The position numbers and the translations under genes are program-made. Of a DNA stretch of 64,000 nucleotides, positions 49,385 through 62,132 are shown piece after piece. The notes beneath the pieces are model-generated. The model saw nothing but the letters and a program-made list of their open reading frames with translations. It was not told the origin of the DNA and did not search any database. Numbering within the stretch: the first letter of the stretch is position 1; each line of letters opens with the position of its first letter. The DNA is taken from the NCBI RefSeq assembly GCF_039555335.1, contig NC_092647.1, positions 18,628,946 through 18,692,945 on the forward strand. The letters run 5' to 3'. Source of the stretch: Amphiura filiformis (Eukaryota).

Positions 49385-50170
49385 AAAAGGTTTTTGCATA
49401 TTATGCATAAATTATGCAAATTAGGTAGGTAATTACCATATTTTGCGCTGAAAATCGAATCAGGTCGAGATCCTCTGGTCATGCTACCCCCACCACATTT
49501 CATCATCATAGGGCTTAGCATTCTTACGGATCCCCAGAAACAGCTTCACAAGGCGGATTTCTTCAGATTTCCAACCATTTTGTAGAAGCGTTCCGCATAA
49601 ATTATGCAACTTAACAACTAAGTGCGAATACTTTTAACCAAAAACTAATCAGGTGATCAGCAGGTGTGTATCATTCCTGTCACAAGGTTTCGTTACCATG
49701 CACCGCTATCAATTTGCGCTGATATTCGCATAAATTATGCAAATTAGCTTGTTAATTTGCATATTTTCACCGAAAACATACAATTACGGAGCAAACTTGG
49801 ATACCCTTCCTCCCACCAAGTAGCGTCCCCGTAGGTCTTACGGTTCCCCAGATACAGCTCCGGACAAACATTCGGACATCCCACCCCCACACACAGACGG
49901 AAATAGTGATTACTAAGTCCCATCCTGAACAAAGTTCAGAAATGAAATTTTATCAATTTGCGCTGATTTTTGCATAAATTATGCAAATTAGCTATGTTAA
50001 TTTGCATTATTTTTCACCGAAAACATACAATTACGGAGCAAACTTAGATACCCTTCCTCCCACCAAGTAGCGTCCACGTACTGCGTCTTACAGCTTCCAG
50101 ATACAGCTCCAGACGGACACACGGACATCCACACCCCCGGACAGACAGAAATACTGAGGCGAGACAAAAA
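49385..50170. repeat. Degenerate tandem array. It has two clean 236-bp units (49720-49955 and 49956-50170) and two older partial units. Each unit carries a palindromic pair of octamer-like motifs (tatgcaaattag…ttaatttgcata).
   Basis: The motif gcataaattatgcaaNtta occurs at ~49405, 49597, 49738 and 49974. The last two units align throughout. Confidence 0.75.
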
Positions 50171-52884
50171 ATGAAATTTTATAACAAATTTTTGTGACTT
50201 GAGATCATTTGCATTTTTTTGTAAACACCAAAACTGTTCTGTCCTGACATGTCTGTTGTGTCATGTGTGTTGAACCGTCCAACCGAACAATCGTAAGTTC
50301 TGTTCGGATCTGGATCTGCCTGGTCTGGATGCTGTACTCCGATTAAGCAGGACTAGCCTACATCACATCAGTGTTTATTTCTGATAGATTTCACTTCATG
50401 ATTTTTTCTTCAATTTCATCACTTACGAGAGTACAAAAGTAGACAATCTAGTAGTCAGTATAACCTCGGAGCAGTTCGTGTGAGACCTACGTACATGGAA
50501 TAGTAGTACATGGCTTCCGAATTTGGAACTTCACATGTTCAACTTGTCATGCCGGTCGAGTCCCGCGTTTACAACTAAAATCAAACCACTTCTATATTAA
50601 GTCCATCGCTGAATTTTACAAATAACTTAAATAAACATCTTTATATTTAATTAAAAAATATTATGGTATGCTCAGTAAATGCTTCGAATGACATTTACCA
50701 GAAGCTCATGAGCTCAGAATGGTAAACAAACTAGCGTATTTTCACCTCGATTATGCACCGTAGCTCTCTGTGGTTGAGTTTGCAAGGTCAGTGGGTCAGT
50801 GAACTTAGTCTCCTATGCAGCCAGTTTGGTTACGCCCCTCCACAAAAATGTTTGTGTGGAAGGGGCGGAACCAAACTGGCTGCTGTGGAGACTACTGCAA
50901 GAATCGATCAATCACACAAAACTGTTTGCTGATTGGTTCAGAAATGGTGATGTCATCAATCAAGAAAACTACTCGATTTATTGGTTCAAAATAGCCTCAT
51001 AGAAAAGTACGAAGTTTGTTGAGCATCGCAGCTTATCGGTAAAAACGTGACCTTTAACAAAAAAATCGACACAGTGCTTTCATACTGCACTTGCGCAAGC
51101 CAAATAGTCCCCCAGAAAAGTCATTTGTTCAGATTTATTCGGGAATTTATTCAAGATTCAGACATGTTCTTGACTATTTTTTGACATTCTTTACCTATCT
51201 CTTTATTTAAATTATAAAGAAATAGTGAAGAAAAGTTAAGAAGTAGTCAAATAATTTCTGATCTGAACTAAATCTTAAGAAATGTACCTCCATTGGTTTC
51301 CGCTGTATTACGCATCTTAAATTATACAGACCAGAATAATCTCTAGCACACACAGGGAACCAAGATATAACTCGATTATCGTGACTATTTTGGTCTTTTT
51401 TACCCAAAAATAATACTTTTATCGCCTGAATTTCAATAAAATCTGGAGTGCAATCGATTCAAAATAACTTAGCCAAACTTAGAAACAAAACTTAAGTCTT
51501 CATATCAGTCATTAAATGATCCTTAGCATAAAACCAACAGCGTATTGTGGCCTGAAAATGAATGCTAGTTAGTTGCATGACAAAGGCACTGATAAGCTCC
51601 GCTCAGAGCCAACAAAACAGGATAAAGGTTTATTCAGATTTCCTTTTACAAATTAAGCGTACTGCTAGCCGTCCAGCGCGTATTATTTGCACAAGGTTCA
51701 ATGCACATGCTTGACGTCGCGCACGTATATGCGATGGTTAAGCTGTCAAAGAAATCTGAATAACACTTTACACACACATATTTCCAGTCAAAGAACAATA
51801 CCATCTGATGATCTGATGTCATGTCACCTTACCTAAAGGTGGAGGAGTGCAAGGCATTCTGTAGGCAGGGTTGCCAACAAATTTCAGCCCCAATCGCGGG
51901 TCAAATAATAGAAAAGTCACCCAATTTTTCTCTTTACCATTGGTTTCTATGGGGCAGGAAACTATCGGAAGTCGCCGGAGCCAATGTTGAAAAGTCACCC
52001 TTTCTTTTTTCTTATATGGGACAGGAAATTGTCATATAAAGTCACGGGGAAAATCTTCAAAAGTCGCCCAATTCGGCTACCAAATTGCGGGTTTGGCAAC
52101 ACTGTCTATAGGCATGTATAAGCGGAGACTGATTTAAAAATACTAGTTCATACATACTCACGATATAACGACGTTTCTGATTGGATTTGGGACCTTTTTT
52201 GCTGGTCATAAATTCTGTTTATGACCAGTACGCAGGGCATAAACAAGCTGCGCCATGCAGCGTTGGAACCCAATTAACACGATCCACGATTTGCTAGTGT
52301 TGCGTACATCGCCAAGCATGTCACAGCGCCCATCTCACGCTGGGCGCAAAAGATGACGCTGAATCACGCGTTGACTCCCGGCCGCTGACCTCATGAGCCG
52401 AGCTGCTTCCTGCAAGTAGGCCTACTCATTTTCTTCCAATTTATGATGGAAAACGGTATGGAAATGTTATTTAAACTTGTAAACCCTTATTATTTTCATC
52501 TGTATTGAATTGCTAAGAATGTTGGGTATGTATGAGCGGGTTCATTCATAGGATTTCGGCATGATCGCTGTTTATGCCCTCAATCCTATGAATGAACCCC
52601 TAATTTGCGTCTGGTGTCATCTGTTAATCAAACTCAGAAATGATTTGTCGTGATGATTGAAATGTCTGAACGCTGCAGTAAGACAGCAATGCCCAATAGT
52701 CCATTTTCACCTTCAAACATAAAACCTGTCTCAAAAGTTAGATCCTTGTCATTGGAAACTTTCATTCCTAAAGGCACCATGTCAACAATGCTCAGAAAAG
52801 TTGCCCTTTGCCATTTTCTACAATTTCTTTTCTTCAATGAAGGCACCAGATGAACCAATTTCCTTTTACACCCTAATAATAATT

Positions 52885-53270
52885 GGGAGGGCGAGTTAGC
52901 GCAGCGGTAGTTCCCTCGCTTTGCACCACTGAGGTCCCGGGTTCAAGCCCCGGCGCGGCCCAAGGACTCATGTGCACTTGGTTTATCCCGATTCAATGCT
53001 CGCTCTCGCAGGTTTTCTCCGGGATCTCAGGTTTCCTCCTGTATCGCAAAAAATCGGTGATTAGTTGTTTGGTTATCAAAACTTCCTTCACCCAATGGAA
53101 TTTGGGGAGCTGCACAGATAATTGGTGGATGTTACAATCTAAATGCGGATAGGTGTGCGCCGCTCGGCAGCAACCTAGTTGATGCGATCTGATTGTGATG
53201 ATTCACCATTGCAGCGAAATTACAGCGCTTTGAGTTCTCTAAGATCTGGAGAAAGGCGCTTTATAAATCC
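52885..53270 (+). mobile_element. tRNA-derived SINE, copy B, the same family as 372-770
   Basis: Collinear alignment with copy A, including the tRNA-like head gcgcagcggtag…ccgggttcaagcccc. Confidence 0.65.
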
Positions 53271-53284
53271 TAAATTTATTTATA

Positions 53285-53635
53285 AGGGGCATTTCGTGAT
53301 CCACAGCCTCATCCCCCACTTTTCCAAAAAAAAATTGAGATTTTTACACCACTGGATACCTCTGGCTACATAATGTTTATGTACCAAATATTTCTTGCAG
53401 ATTAATTGCTTAGCAAAATAATATCGCTAAATTTGAATTTCGTTCTGGTGCACCAGAACGAAATTACAACACATTGTCTATGGAGCAGTGTAATACACAT
53501 AATCATGCATAACTCGCAAACGCAAAATCGGAATCAACTGAAATTTTGGAAATAAGCTTTTTTCGTGGATATCTACTGAAAATGTCATAAAAAGAGGATG
53601 CTAGGATCACAAAATACTCCTTTAATAACCAATCA
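53285..53635 (+). repeat. Repeat R2 copy B, directly abutting the SINE. It carries an extra ~85 bp insert containing a perfect 15-bp-stem hairpin (53436-53465, aatttcgttctggtg|caccagaacgaaatt).
   Basis: Aligned to 2851-3112, the insert falls between gtttatgtacMaaata and gtctatggagcag. Confidence 0.6.
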
Positions 53636-53812
53636 AGAGTTGTGGGGAGTTTGATTGACAGTGATGTCAGATCCAAACTATGTAAAATGTACATTTCGCC
53701 ACAGCACGAAAAAATATCACATCCATATTTGGAAACTGTCTGGATTGAACTTGACTGCTTTGGAAATAATTCCAGAGGAATTTGGTACTGCCTAAAGGGC
53801 AAGTCGGCTTAC

Positions 53813-53896
53813 CTGGTGTAACTGAGGCGGCCACTGCATGGGGTCTTGGTCTGCCGGGGGGACTGGCGGGGGTTGGTACGTTGGCACTGGGCGATC
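53813..53896 (-). CDS. Candidate exon C (G|SPSANVPTPASPPGRPRPHAVAASVTP), 84 nt, phase 1-1
   Basis: This is the best splice context in the window: cattttccttttttgctgctcttcag|gatcgcc … ttacaccag|GTAAGCcgac. All three frames are open. The Pro-rich frame is the one selected by the carry-over from exon B. Confidence 0.4.
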
Positions 53897-54471
53897 CTGA
53901 AGAGCAGCAAAAAAGGAAAATGATAAATAAGTTATGCTACAGCTAGAAATAATAGTCAATAAGACAATTCAGCTTTACATTCCAGATTCACTGTGGATGG
54001 TTTGGGCAAATTTCAGTACACCTGAACTTTGACCTGTCAGGAAAATTGGGGTTTTTTTTACATAGTATGTAAATTGTTTTACTAAAATTTAAAAATAAAC
54101 CTACCAACAATTTTGTAATCTCATAAATAATTATTCAAAAAACTTTGAATGATAACATTATTACGCTAATAAATTATTAATTAAAGCAATTTTCCCACAA
54201 TGCACTGCAAATTTGTGATGCCGAATTGGTTTATTGCTCTACTAAATCGGTTTTTACATTTTACAACTCAACACAATTCCCACGCATCATCAAAACTTGT
54301 TAAATAATTATTTTTAGTTCTAAATGAAAATAAAATCACTTCATAATCACCATGCAAATGGAAATAGATTCAAAGCATTTTGCAGGAATTGGAACAAATC
54401 CTTGCAGTAAAGTATTTAAACTGAGCAAATGAATGCCCATCATCTCAAATTAAGAGGGCTAGAGCACTTAA

Positions 54472-54680
54472 CCACATGAGAACTACCTGCCGATTGGCCA
54501 AAAAGAAGTTTTCATTATCAATTGTACCAATCAGCAACATTGTTAGAATAATTTCACCACGCACAAAATTGGGGTGAATTATTTGCAAAGCTCCATTCTG
54601 ATTGGTGATTAAAGTGAAGATATCACGTAATTGACCAATCAGATGCAATGTTAGATCGGCAGGTAGTGCTGGGTGCTTTA
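54472..54680. mobile_element. Family P piggyBac-like MITE, copy 2, with its right end degraded
   Basis: TTAA at 54468-54471. ~85% identity to 47016-47212. Confidence 0.6.
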
Positions 54681-55236
54681 TTATAAATAAATGCATATCA
54701 CTTGTTGGGAACGAAATTGTACAAAATAATGCATGTGTACTGAGATGTTGATGCATCTAAACATTAGATGCACCAACATCTCAGTACAGGTGCATTATTT
54801 TGTACAATTTCTTGAGCAAGAAGTGATACGGCTTTATTAACATATTTCATACACAAGAAAAAAAATTCCATAATTTTTGCTATTTTTATAACGAAATTGT
54901 CAGTAAAATGATGGAAAATAAAAGCAAATATAAATGCTTCAACCCGCAAGAAAAATGAACGGGTCCGAAAGCAATGCAAGTAGTACACAGAGTGTGCACC
55001 CGTGCATATATACACAATCAATGCATGGTTTGCATTTTTCTAACGCTTGCTTTGATTGGTTCTAGCTATCTAAGAGTGTATCAATTATCAATACATTAAA
55101 AGCATTACAAATTAAAATTTTTAAAAAAATGCAATGAAAAGACAGAAATTATGTTTGCGTGTCCACCATGAAAATGTATATGCATATGATAATTTATGGC
55201 ATAAAATCATAATATTTGTAGCAATCATGTTATTAT

Positions 55237-55466
55237 TAATGCTCTGCATGCTAGTATAGACTTAGAAAAAAAAATCAAAATTTCAAGTTATTTTCTCAAC
55301 ATGTCAAAAGCTATTTTAAGAACTACTGAACCAACACTAGGCTTGTTTGTACTCATTTTAATGCATTTTTCATGATGATTCCAAATGTGGTCATGAAAAT
55401 GTAAAGTTCCACAATTTATGAATTTATTTAAAGAAAATTTGAAACTTGTCGTCTGCAGTCGACACC
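55237..55466 (+). repeat. R3 repeat copy 3
   Basis: taatgctctgcatgctag … cgtctgcagtcgacacc, collinear with the other R3 copies. Confidence 0.6.
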
Positions 55467-55556
55467 CGTGTGGAGAGAGATAAATGACAATATCCATTGA
55501 TTTAAGAAATAATGGGATGTTGTCATCAGCAGGCTCAGCAGCTGCAGCGCAATATG

Positions 55557-55835
55557 GTATGAGGTTTGCTTCCTATATGTGACATGATCAAGGGGAATGA
55601 GTCACATGTCGGCCCTGGTCGAAAATGAGTTTTACACATGCCTCTAAACAGGGCATTTAGAGCTTTCAGAAACTGAAAACCCCATGTTGATATGACTTTT
55701 CATTGTGAAGTTATGTCAAATTATCAATCGCTGAAAACAATATAAAACAAAACAATTTTAACACTTTCTTTGCCAATATCTCAAAATCAATATTAGCGAC
55801 ATCCGACTCATTTCCCTTGATCGTGTCACATATGA
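55557..55835. mobile_element. MITE with termini tatatgtgacatgatcaaggggaatgagtc / gactcatttcccttgatcgtgtcacatatg, a diverged member of the 3411/62423 family
   Basis: ~30 bp inverted termini. It abuts a family H copy at 55843. Confidence 0.5.
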
Positions 55836-55842
55836 CAAATTG

Positions 55843-56018
55843 GCCTATTCCAGTTGAAATCCACATACCCCATATGGAAGACATGTCCTTAATCTCTCAC
55901 ACAGGGAGTGTGAATTTCAAATGGAGCCACACAACTCCTTTGAAACGTACATCCCATGTGTGGAAGATTAAGGTAATGTCTTCCATAGGGGGTGTATGAA
56001 TTTCAATTGCATTAGCCC
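55843..56018. mobile_element. Family H dimer copy
   Basis: cctattccagttgaaatccacatacccc … gggggtgtatgaatttcaattgcattagccc. Confidence 0.7.
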
Positions 56019-56151
56019 AATGTACAAAATGTAAAGTTTGAATGCCTCAAAGTTGTTTTTTGCCTAGAAAAAGTATCAATATCATTCACCATTTTGTGCA
56101 ATTCCTTTTCTCCAATAAAGGCACCAGATGACATATTTGGTTAGTACCTCC

Positions 56152-56385
56152 CTAAAGTTTGTTCGGTTTATATAAGGCAGAAAAAATAAGACTCATAACA
56201 CCATGTATTGATATAGAATGATGTGCACGCTGTTGGGCGCAATGCTTACGCTAGTTGTGCGTTGCGTAATGCGTGGCGAGTGCACGCTTATGTGAATTTA
56301 GGCGAGCTTGAGTTGGCACTTTATTGAAGCGTGCAGTAACAAAAGCCAAAAAATTTCCGGCTTATATAAGCCGAACAAACTTTAG
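56152..56385. mobile_element. MITE with termini ctaaagtttgttcggtttatataagg / ccggcttatataagccgaacaaactttag
   Basis: ~26 bp inverted termini. The interior is CpG-rich (gcgttgcgtaatgcgtggcgagtgcacgc). Confidence 0.5.
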
Positions 56386-56896
56386 TTATGCACAACTGAC
56401 CAATTACAGGCCGGGTGGAGATGGAATGACAAGTGATGTTAGATGCAACATTGCAATCTTCTCTCTGAATCAGGGTTGTAGCTAGCCAAATTTTACTGCC
56501 AGCTAAAATTAAGAGAATGCCAATTACTTGACAGTAATGGCATTTGACAGTTGTTTTTAGGATAATTTTTCATTCTAGCACTGGTATGCAAGACCTACAA
56601 TTCCCTTGAGTGCCGGTCGGTCATGCTGAGTACTGGATACTGCCGACCACCGTGGCTACAACCCTGCTCTGCATCCAACTTAAATTGTGTTCATTTACAT
56701 CATGATGAGTAGTTTTGTTTTCCCAAAATCCCAATTTAACAAATTCACCTTCTTAAATTATAGCAAGTTATAGAGTTAAACATGAAGTTAGTATTCAGAA
56801 CCTACATACAGGTGGAAACAAAATATGGAACAAAACATGTCTGTGTGCACAAACAAAAAACAAGAAAACAAAACAAACTAGTACACAGTATCAACT

Positions 56897-57226
56897 ACCG
56901 TATTCATTCCAATAAGCGCCCAGGGTGCTTAACAAATTCATTATGGGTGAGCACTTATTTTTTACATGGTTTTCCCAAATTTTTTCCTAACAGGTGTTAC
57001 TGTTTATTAGGCGTTATCGTATGTTACTAAAGGGTCCTGAGACGTTCTAGTCGCTTTTCTGATGCAGAAAATACATTACATGTTTACACAGGACTTCTAA
57101 TCCCCCAGCTATTTCACTGTATCGACGTCTATCCGTCACTTCAACATTAATGGTACCCTTAGCAAATTGAAATTACCCTGGGTGGGCGCTTATTGGGACA
57201 TGGGCGCTTATTGGAACAAATACGGT
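56897..57226. mobile_element. Long member of the accgtatt…ccaataagcgccca MITE family, related to 36118-36259
   Basis: Its termini accgtattcattccaataagcgcccagggtg / caccctgggtgggcgcttattgg…aacaaatacggta are inverted repeats. Confidence 0.5.
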
Positions 57227-57827
57227 ACATATCATTACTAAACACACATAGTAATAACATAATTGCATAATAGATACGCATAGTCTTACACCCTTTGGAA
57301 TCTATCCCAATTTGTGTGCAAGACACTGTTATTCACTCTGATATAGTTATACCAGTTTTACCCCAGTAATCAGTAAGTCCATGCTGTACAGGGTATTCTT
57401 GCAAGTAAAGGGTTATAGACCAACAATTCACAGAGGCAACAATTCATGACATTGGGTGATAGCTGACACCAGCAGCATAAGTATCAACAATTACAACTGC
57501 AATCAGTTTGTTTTCTCTCTGTCATAAGACCCTGTCACCAATTGTTTTCCATCAAATAGCAGCAATTTTGTGCTTTTCTAATGACACACCGGATCGAGGG
57601 CATTTGCAAAGCATACACGGTCATTAAATCATGCTTATGAAAGGCACACACACTAAACGTGTTTCATCAATTTGGACCTTCACTTCACAAGTAAGCTCAC
57701 CTACCCTTACAAATAAAATAAAACACAAATGAACACAAAAGCATGCCATGAATAGAATCAATGCAGGCAGACTCCAAGATTCAGTTTAGTTACATAATGC
57801 ACACCACGATCATGAATTGGGTAATTC

Positions 57828-58002
57828 CAGTTGAAATCCATACACCCCCTATGGAAGACATGTTCTTAATCTTCCACTGAAAGAGAGTGGATTCTAAATG
57901 GAGTTACCTGAATGTGCGACTACATTTGAAATCTACACTCCCAGTGTAGAAGATTAAGGTCATGTCTTCCACAGGGGGTGTATGGAATTCAACTGGAATT
58001 GC
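57828..58002. mobile_element. Family H dimer copy
   Basis: gtaattccagttgaaatccatacaccccctatggaagacatg … gggggtgtatggaattcaactggaattgcc. Confidence 0.7.
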
Positions 58003-58088
58003 CTGTTGTGATTATCTTGGGATGACGAGGAAAGTAAAAGCTGAAAAATGACAAGATTGGAGCTAGGAAATACGGATTATACTATACC

Positions 58089-58219
58089 AGTCACAACCGG
58101 GGTCATGCCCGTCACAACCGGAGTCACAACAGCCTTCTTAGGGCTCTGTGCAGTATCGGGTGGTAAAGGGTGTGTTTGTGCTCTACGTCTTTTAGAAGAT
58201 GGAGGTGGGGGAGAGATGG
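58089..58219 (-). CDS. Candidate exon B (A|ISPPPPSSKRRRAQTHPLPPDTAQSPKKAVVTPVVTGMTPVVT), ~131 nt, phase 1-1
   Basis: Acceptor ctattactcttttctcag|cc. The donor is weak (gactg|GTATAG). Only one frame is open. That frame needs a 1-nt carry-in, which exon A's unique frame supplies. Confidence 0.4.
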
Positions 58220-59442
58220 CTGAGAAAAGAGTAATAGACAACACACAATAGACACATATATATATAAAAAAACTATTCTCTAAAGACAACTTGGATTGCT
58301 ACTATTTGATGACTGCTGGCTGCTTTGGCAAACATCTTATCATATAGGATTCACAACTTATAGTTCCCCCAATGCTTTTTGAAATAAATCAAAAAAATAT
58401 TTTAGGAAATGTAAAAATGTAAAACGGCATGTGTAGCGTCAGACATCACTGCATTCAGTCACAAATTGTTCATTATGTAAAGAAAGAGGTTGTTTTAAAA
58501 GTTGCACCTGAGTCAGTCCCACGCATGAATAGGTAAGACCTCCTGTATTGTTTGAGAGTTGACTCCCACGAATATTCAGATGCAACATTTAAAACTGCCT
58601 TTTTTTACATAATGAACCACTGTTACTGAATACAATGGTGTGTGATGATATAAATTAGTCCATGTGTACAAAACAAATAAAGCTACACATGCCATTTTTA
58701 CACTTTTGTAAAATATTTTTCCATTTATTTCAAAAAGTGTTGGAGGCGGGAGGGGGCTTATAAATTGTAAAACAATATAAATACATCAAACAAAGTCTCT
58801 ACTTCATTCAGTGGTCATAAATTTGAGCACAATTTATTAAAAGTAAATAAAATCTAGATGGAGGAGTGCTGTAATATGTTACCACAGTTGTTTAATAAAA
58901 AGAAGTCGGAATGACAGAGAAATTAACGAGTGAATGACATTCAAAAAGTTGCAGCATGTGTTTATCTGCCTGTGGTCAGTAAAGGAAGCTTAGGTCAGTA
59001 ATTGAAGTTCAGATTCATTTGGTACAAAGGGACCTAGTGGGCAAATTGGACCACTAACAAAGCAATAATGCTGAAAAATGAACAATAAACTTTTCAATTA
59101 AAACCAAAACTGAAAAGTGAACAATAAACTTTTCAATTAAAACTAAAACTGAAATTTGAAATGGTAGTTGGCTACGCTGGGCGGTGGCGGGCGGACCTGC
59201 CCGGCACTCTTAATTTCCACTCGGCACTCAAGTTAATTTTGAGCCCAAAACCCAGCACTCCAGTCTCAAATGTTTCAAAATCAATGAAAAATCAATATAA
59301 AAACTAGCAATTCTTATCAAAATTTCAATTTTTTTACCATTTCATATAAATTTCACCCGGCACTAAAATTTGCCTAGCTATAACCCTGGTAGTTAGCACC
59401 CATACATGTAGACATTGAAGACTTTGTGCAAGCTAAGGGATC

Positions 59443-60078
59443 TGGAATGAGCGTTTTGAGCATTTCGATAGTATTTTTTGTGGGACATGAGAGCACATCA
59501 GACATATCGAATTGCATTCTGAATACGAAGAATGCCTTTCTGATATCAAATAATTCTCATTTTATGAAATTTACGATATAATACAAATTTTATGACAAAT
59601 TAATAAAATTTGATATTTTTCACATTTTTGAGATATAACAGTCCTCGAAGTAAATTTTATAAATTTAATGATATATTCTTAAAGTGTATGTAGCTGGGAG
59701 GAAAAGCCGACGATCAATTGAAAATTGAAAGATAAGGATTTTTTTCCCAAAAAGACCTTTTTTATTTTGGTGTTTTGGGAAAAAAAATCCATATCTTCAA
59801 TACGAAAGGTCAAAATTTGCAATTGATCGTCGGCTTTTCATCCCACCTATATCTTCTTCAAATATAAATCATTAGATTTATAAAGTTTACTTCGAGTAAT
59901 GTTAAATATCAAAAATATCAATTTTTAATGATTTGCCATAAAATGTGTATTACTTTGCGAATTTCAAAAAATCAAAATTATTTGATATCAGAAGGCCATT
60001 CTTCATATTCAGAATGCAATTCGATATGTCTGATGTGCTCTAATGTCCCACAATAAATACTGCCCAAACGCTCATACC
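59443..60078. mobile_element. Foldback element of ~635 bp with ~250 bp inverted arms and a palindromic ~110 bp centre
   Basis: The left arm ggaatgagcgttttgagcatttcgatagtattttttgtgggacatgagagcacatcagacatatcgaattgcattctgaata… is mirrored by the arm at 59830-60078. The centre aaagccgacgatcaattg…caattgatcgtcggcttt is itself palindromic. Confidence 0.8.
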
Positions 60079-60467
60079 CCTTCCTTAATTCTTTTTATAT
60101 TTTAAGAAATTTGTAATTTTATGTACAAAATATAGTATGTGAAAGTACATACAATTCATATGTGAAAAGTTGAACTACAAAGTATTCCTGAAACATGCTA
60201 TTAAAAAGGCCAAAACATAAGCACTTAAAAAAGAAGGCAAGCTAGGTTTCACATCAAATGTCTTTATTTTAGTAAAAGAAGGAGCTACAGTGGAAACTCA
60301 TTATAACGAAGTTGTCAGGGACAGAGAAATTAGTTCTTTATATCCAAATTTTGTTATATCAGGGTTGTAAAAACAATATATAACAAAAGAATTTTGTATC
60401 TTGGTTCTAGAAAAATACTTCTTTATAACAGGGTTTTTCTTGTTATAATGAGGTTTTACTGTATTAT

Positions 60468-60648
60468 AATTCCAGATGAAATCCATACAATCCCCTATGG
60501 AAAACATGACCTTAATCTCACACACAGATGCAGTTTTCAGATGGTGTCATCCATTCAGGTAACCCCATTTCAAATTCACACTCAATGTGTGAAAAATGAA
60601 GGTCATGTCTTCCATGGGGAGGTGTATATATGGACTTCAACTTGAATA
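60468..60648. mobile_element. Family H dimer copy
   Basis: ataattccagatgaaatccatacaatcccctatggaaaacatgaccttaatctc … gtgtatatatggacttcaacttgaat. Confidence 0.65.
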
Positions 60649-61195
60649 ACTGGGGAGGGGGCAGTGGGGCTCATAGTGGAAACGAGGGCAAGGGGATGTG
60701 GATTTGGGGTGAATTTTCTATTTTCAGCAATTTAGTTTAAGACTCTGGGTGTAATTTTAGCCATTTCGATTTTTGATGGCCCTCAATTTCATACAAATTG
60801 GTTTAAGAAATGGTGTTTTTTCACAATTTTCTTGAAAAAGTGCCAATTTTGCATCATTTTTTTAAGCAAAATTTGCAAAATTTTCCCAAAAATTGGTATA
60901 ATTTTGGGTCCGATTTTCGTCAGATTTGGTTTAAAGTTGGGTCGTTTTTCGGAGCCCCAGCCACACATCCCCACCCAAACCAAAGTTGATAATAACCCCC
61001 CCCCCACACCCGGGTGAATAGCCCAGTAAATGTCACAGCAGTCAGTCACATCAAATAGCACCCAATCCAGATACACACAACAATAACAGGTGCACAAAGT
61101 TTGGCAAGTTAATATTGCAGTGCAGTCATGCTTTCTATTGATAAAGACATGGCTTGGTCTCGTATCACTACACATGCATGCACTATATTTACAAT

Positions 61196-61500
61196 GGGAG
61201 ATTCCAGTTAAAATACACACCCCCTGTGGGAAAAGTTGACTGCCAGCTCAATTCCAATTGCACCTAGCTGGAAATGTGAACTTACAGCTAAAATTTCATC
61301 GAAATTTATCAAATCCAGCTAAATTTAGCATAACTTTGCCTAAAATTAGACATATTTTGCTTGGAATTCCAAAATCTTCGACACCTTTTCCAATTTTTAA
61401 GGATGAATATGGTAGGATTTGGAATAATTTAGACTGCTGAATTTGGTTGGAATTTCAAAATCTTCCACAGTGGGAGTGTGTTTATCAAATGGAACAGCCC
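61196..61500. mobile_element. Family H long variant, with its internal ~200 bp homologous to 37812-38010
   Basis: Termini gggagattccagttaaaatacacaccccctgtggg … atcttccacagtgggagtgtgtttatcaaatggaacagccc. Confidence 0.6.
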
Positions 61501-61603
61501 AACACTTGGCCATGCATTTTCACTGCTATTGCTATACAGTGGTTTTTACGGGCCTTGTCAAATCCTTCAGCATATATTATACTGATGTACAGGAGTGTAT
61601 TAA

Positions 61604-61810
61604 CCCCATGACAACTACCTGCCGATTGGTCAAAAAGAAGTTTTCATTATCAATTGGACCAATCAGCAACATTGTTAGAATAATTTCACCACACAAAAGA
61701 ATTGGGGTGAATTATTTGCAAAGCTCCATTCTAATTGGTGATTCAAGTAAAGATACCATGTAATTAACCAATCAGAGGCAATGTTAGATCGGCAGGTAGT
61801 GCTCAGGGGG
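61604..61810. mobile_element. Family P piggyBac-like MITE, copy 3, with perfect TTAA duplications
   Basis: TTAA at 61600-61603 and 61811-61814. TIRs ccccatgacaactacctgccgat / atcggcaggtagtgctcaggggg. Confidence 0.7.
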
Positions 61811-61948
61811 TTAACACTAACATACATAGAGAAGTACTGGCAAATGCGAATAGCAATACACTATTACTGTGGACACACATGTTGCGTTTTTGTCTCATTT
61901 TCCGCTGAAAGTTCCAGTTTTTACCACTGAGTGTGGACTGACACTATG

Positions 61949-62132
61949 CGCTATTCCAGTTGAATTCATTACACCCCCTATGGAAGATGTTACCTGAATT
62001 TCCCACACAAGGGTGTATATTTCAAACAGAGTCACCCATTCAGGTAACTCAATTTGAAATTCACACTCCCTGTGTGGAAGATAACAGTTATATCTTCTAC
62101 AGGGGGTGTATGCATTTCAACTGGAATAGCCT
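61949..62132. mobile_element. Family H dimer copy
   Basis: gctattccagttgaattcattacaccccctatggaagatg … gggggtgtatgcatttcaactggaatagcc. Confidence 0.7.

Noticed and set aside
49744-49932. GTAAGA donor-like sites and short open frames on the minus strand of the 236-bp units
   Set aside because: The frames are GT/TG-rich low-complexity stretches without a conserved peptide or acceptor context. They were considered as exons by analogy with the 160-bp array, but support is insufficient.
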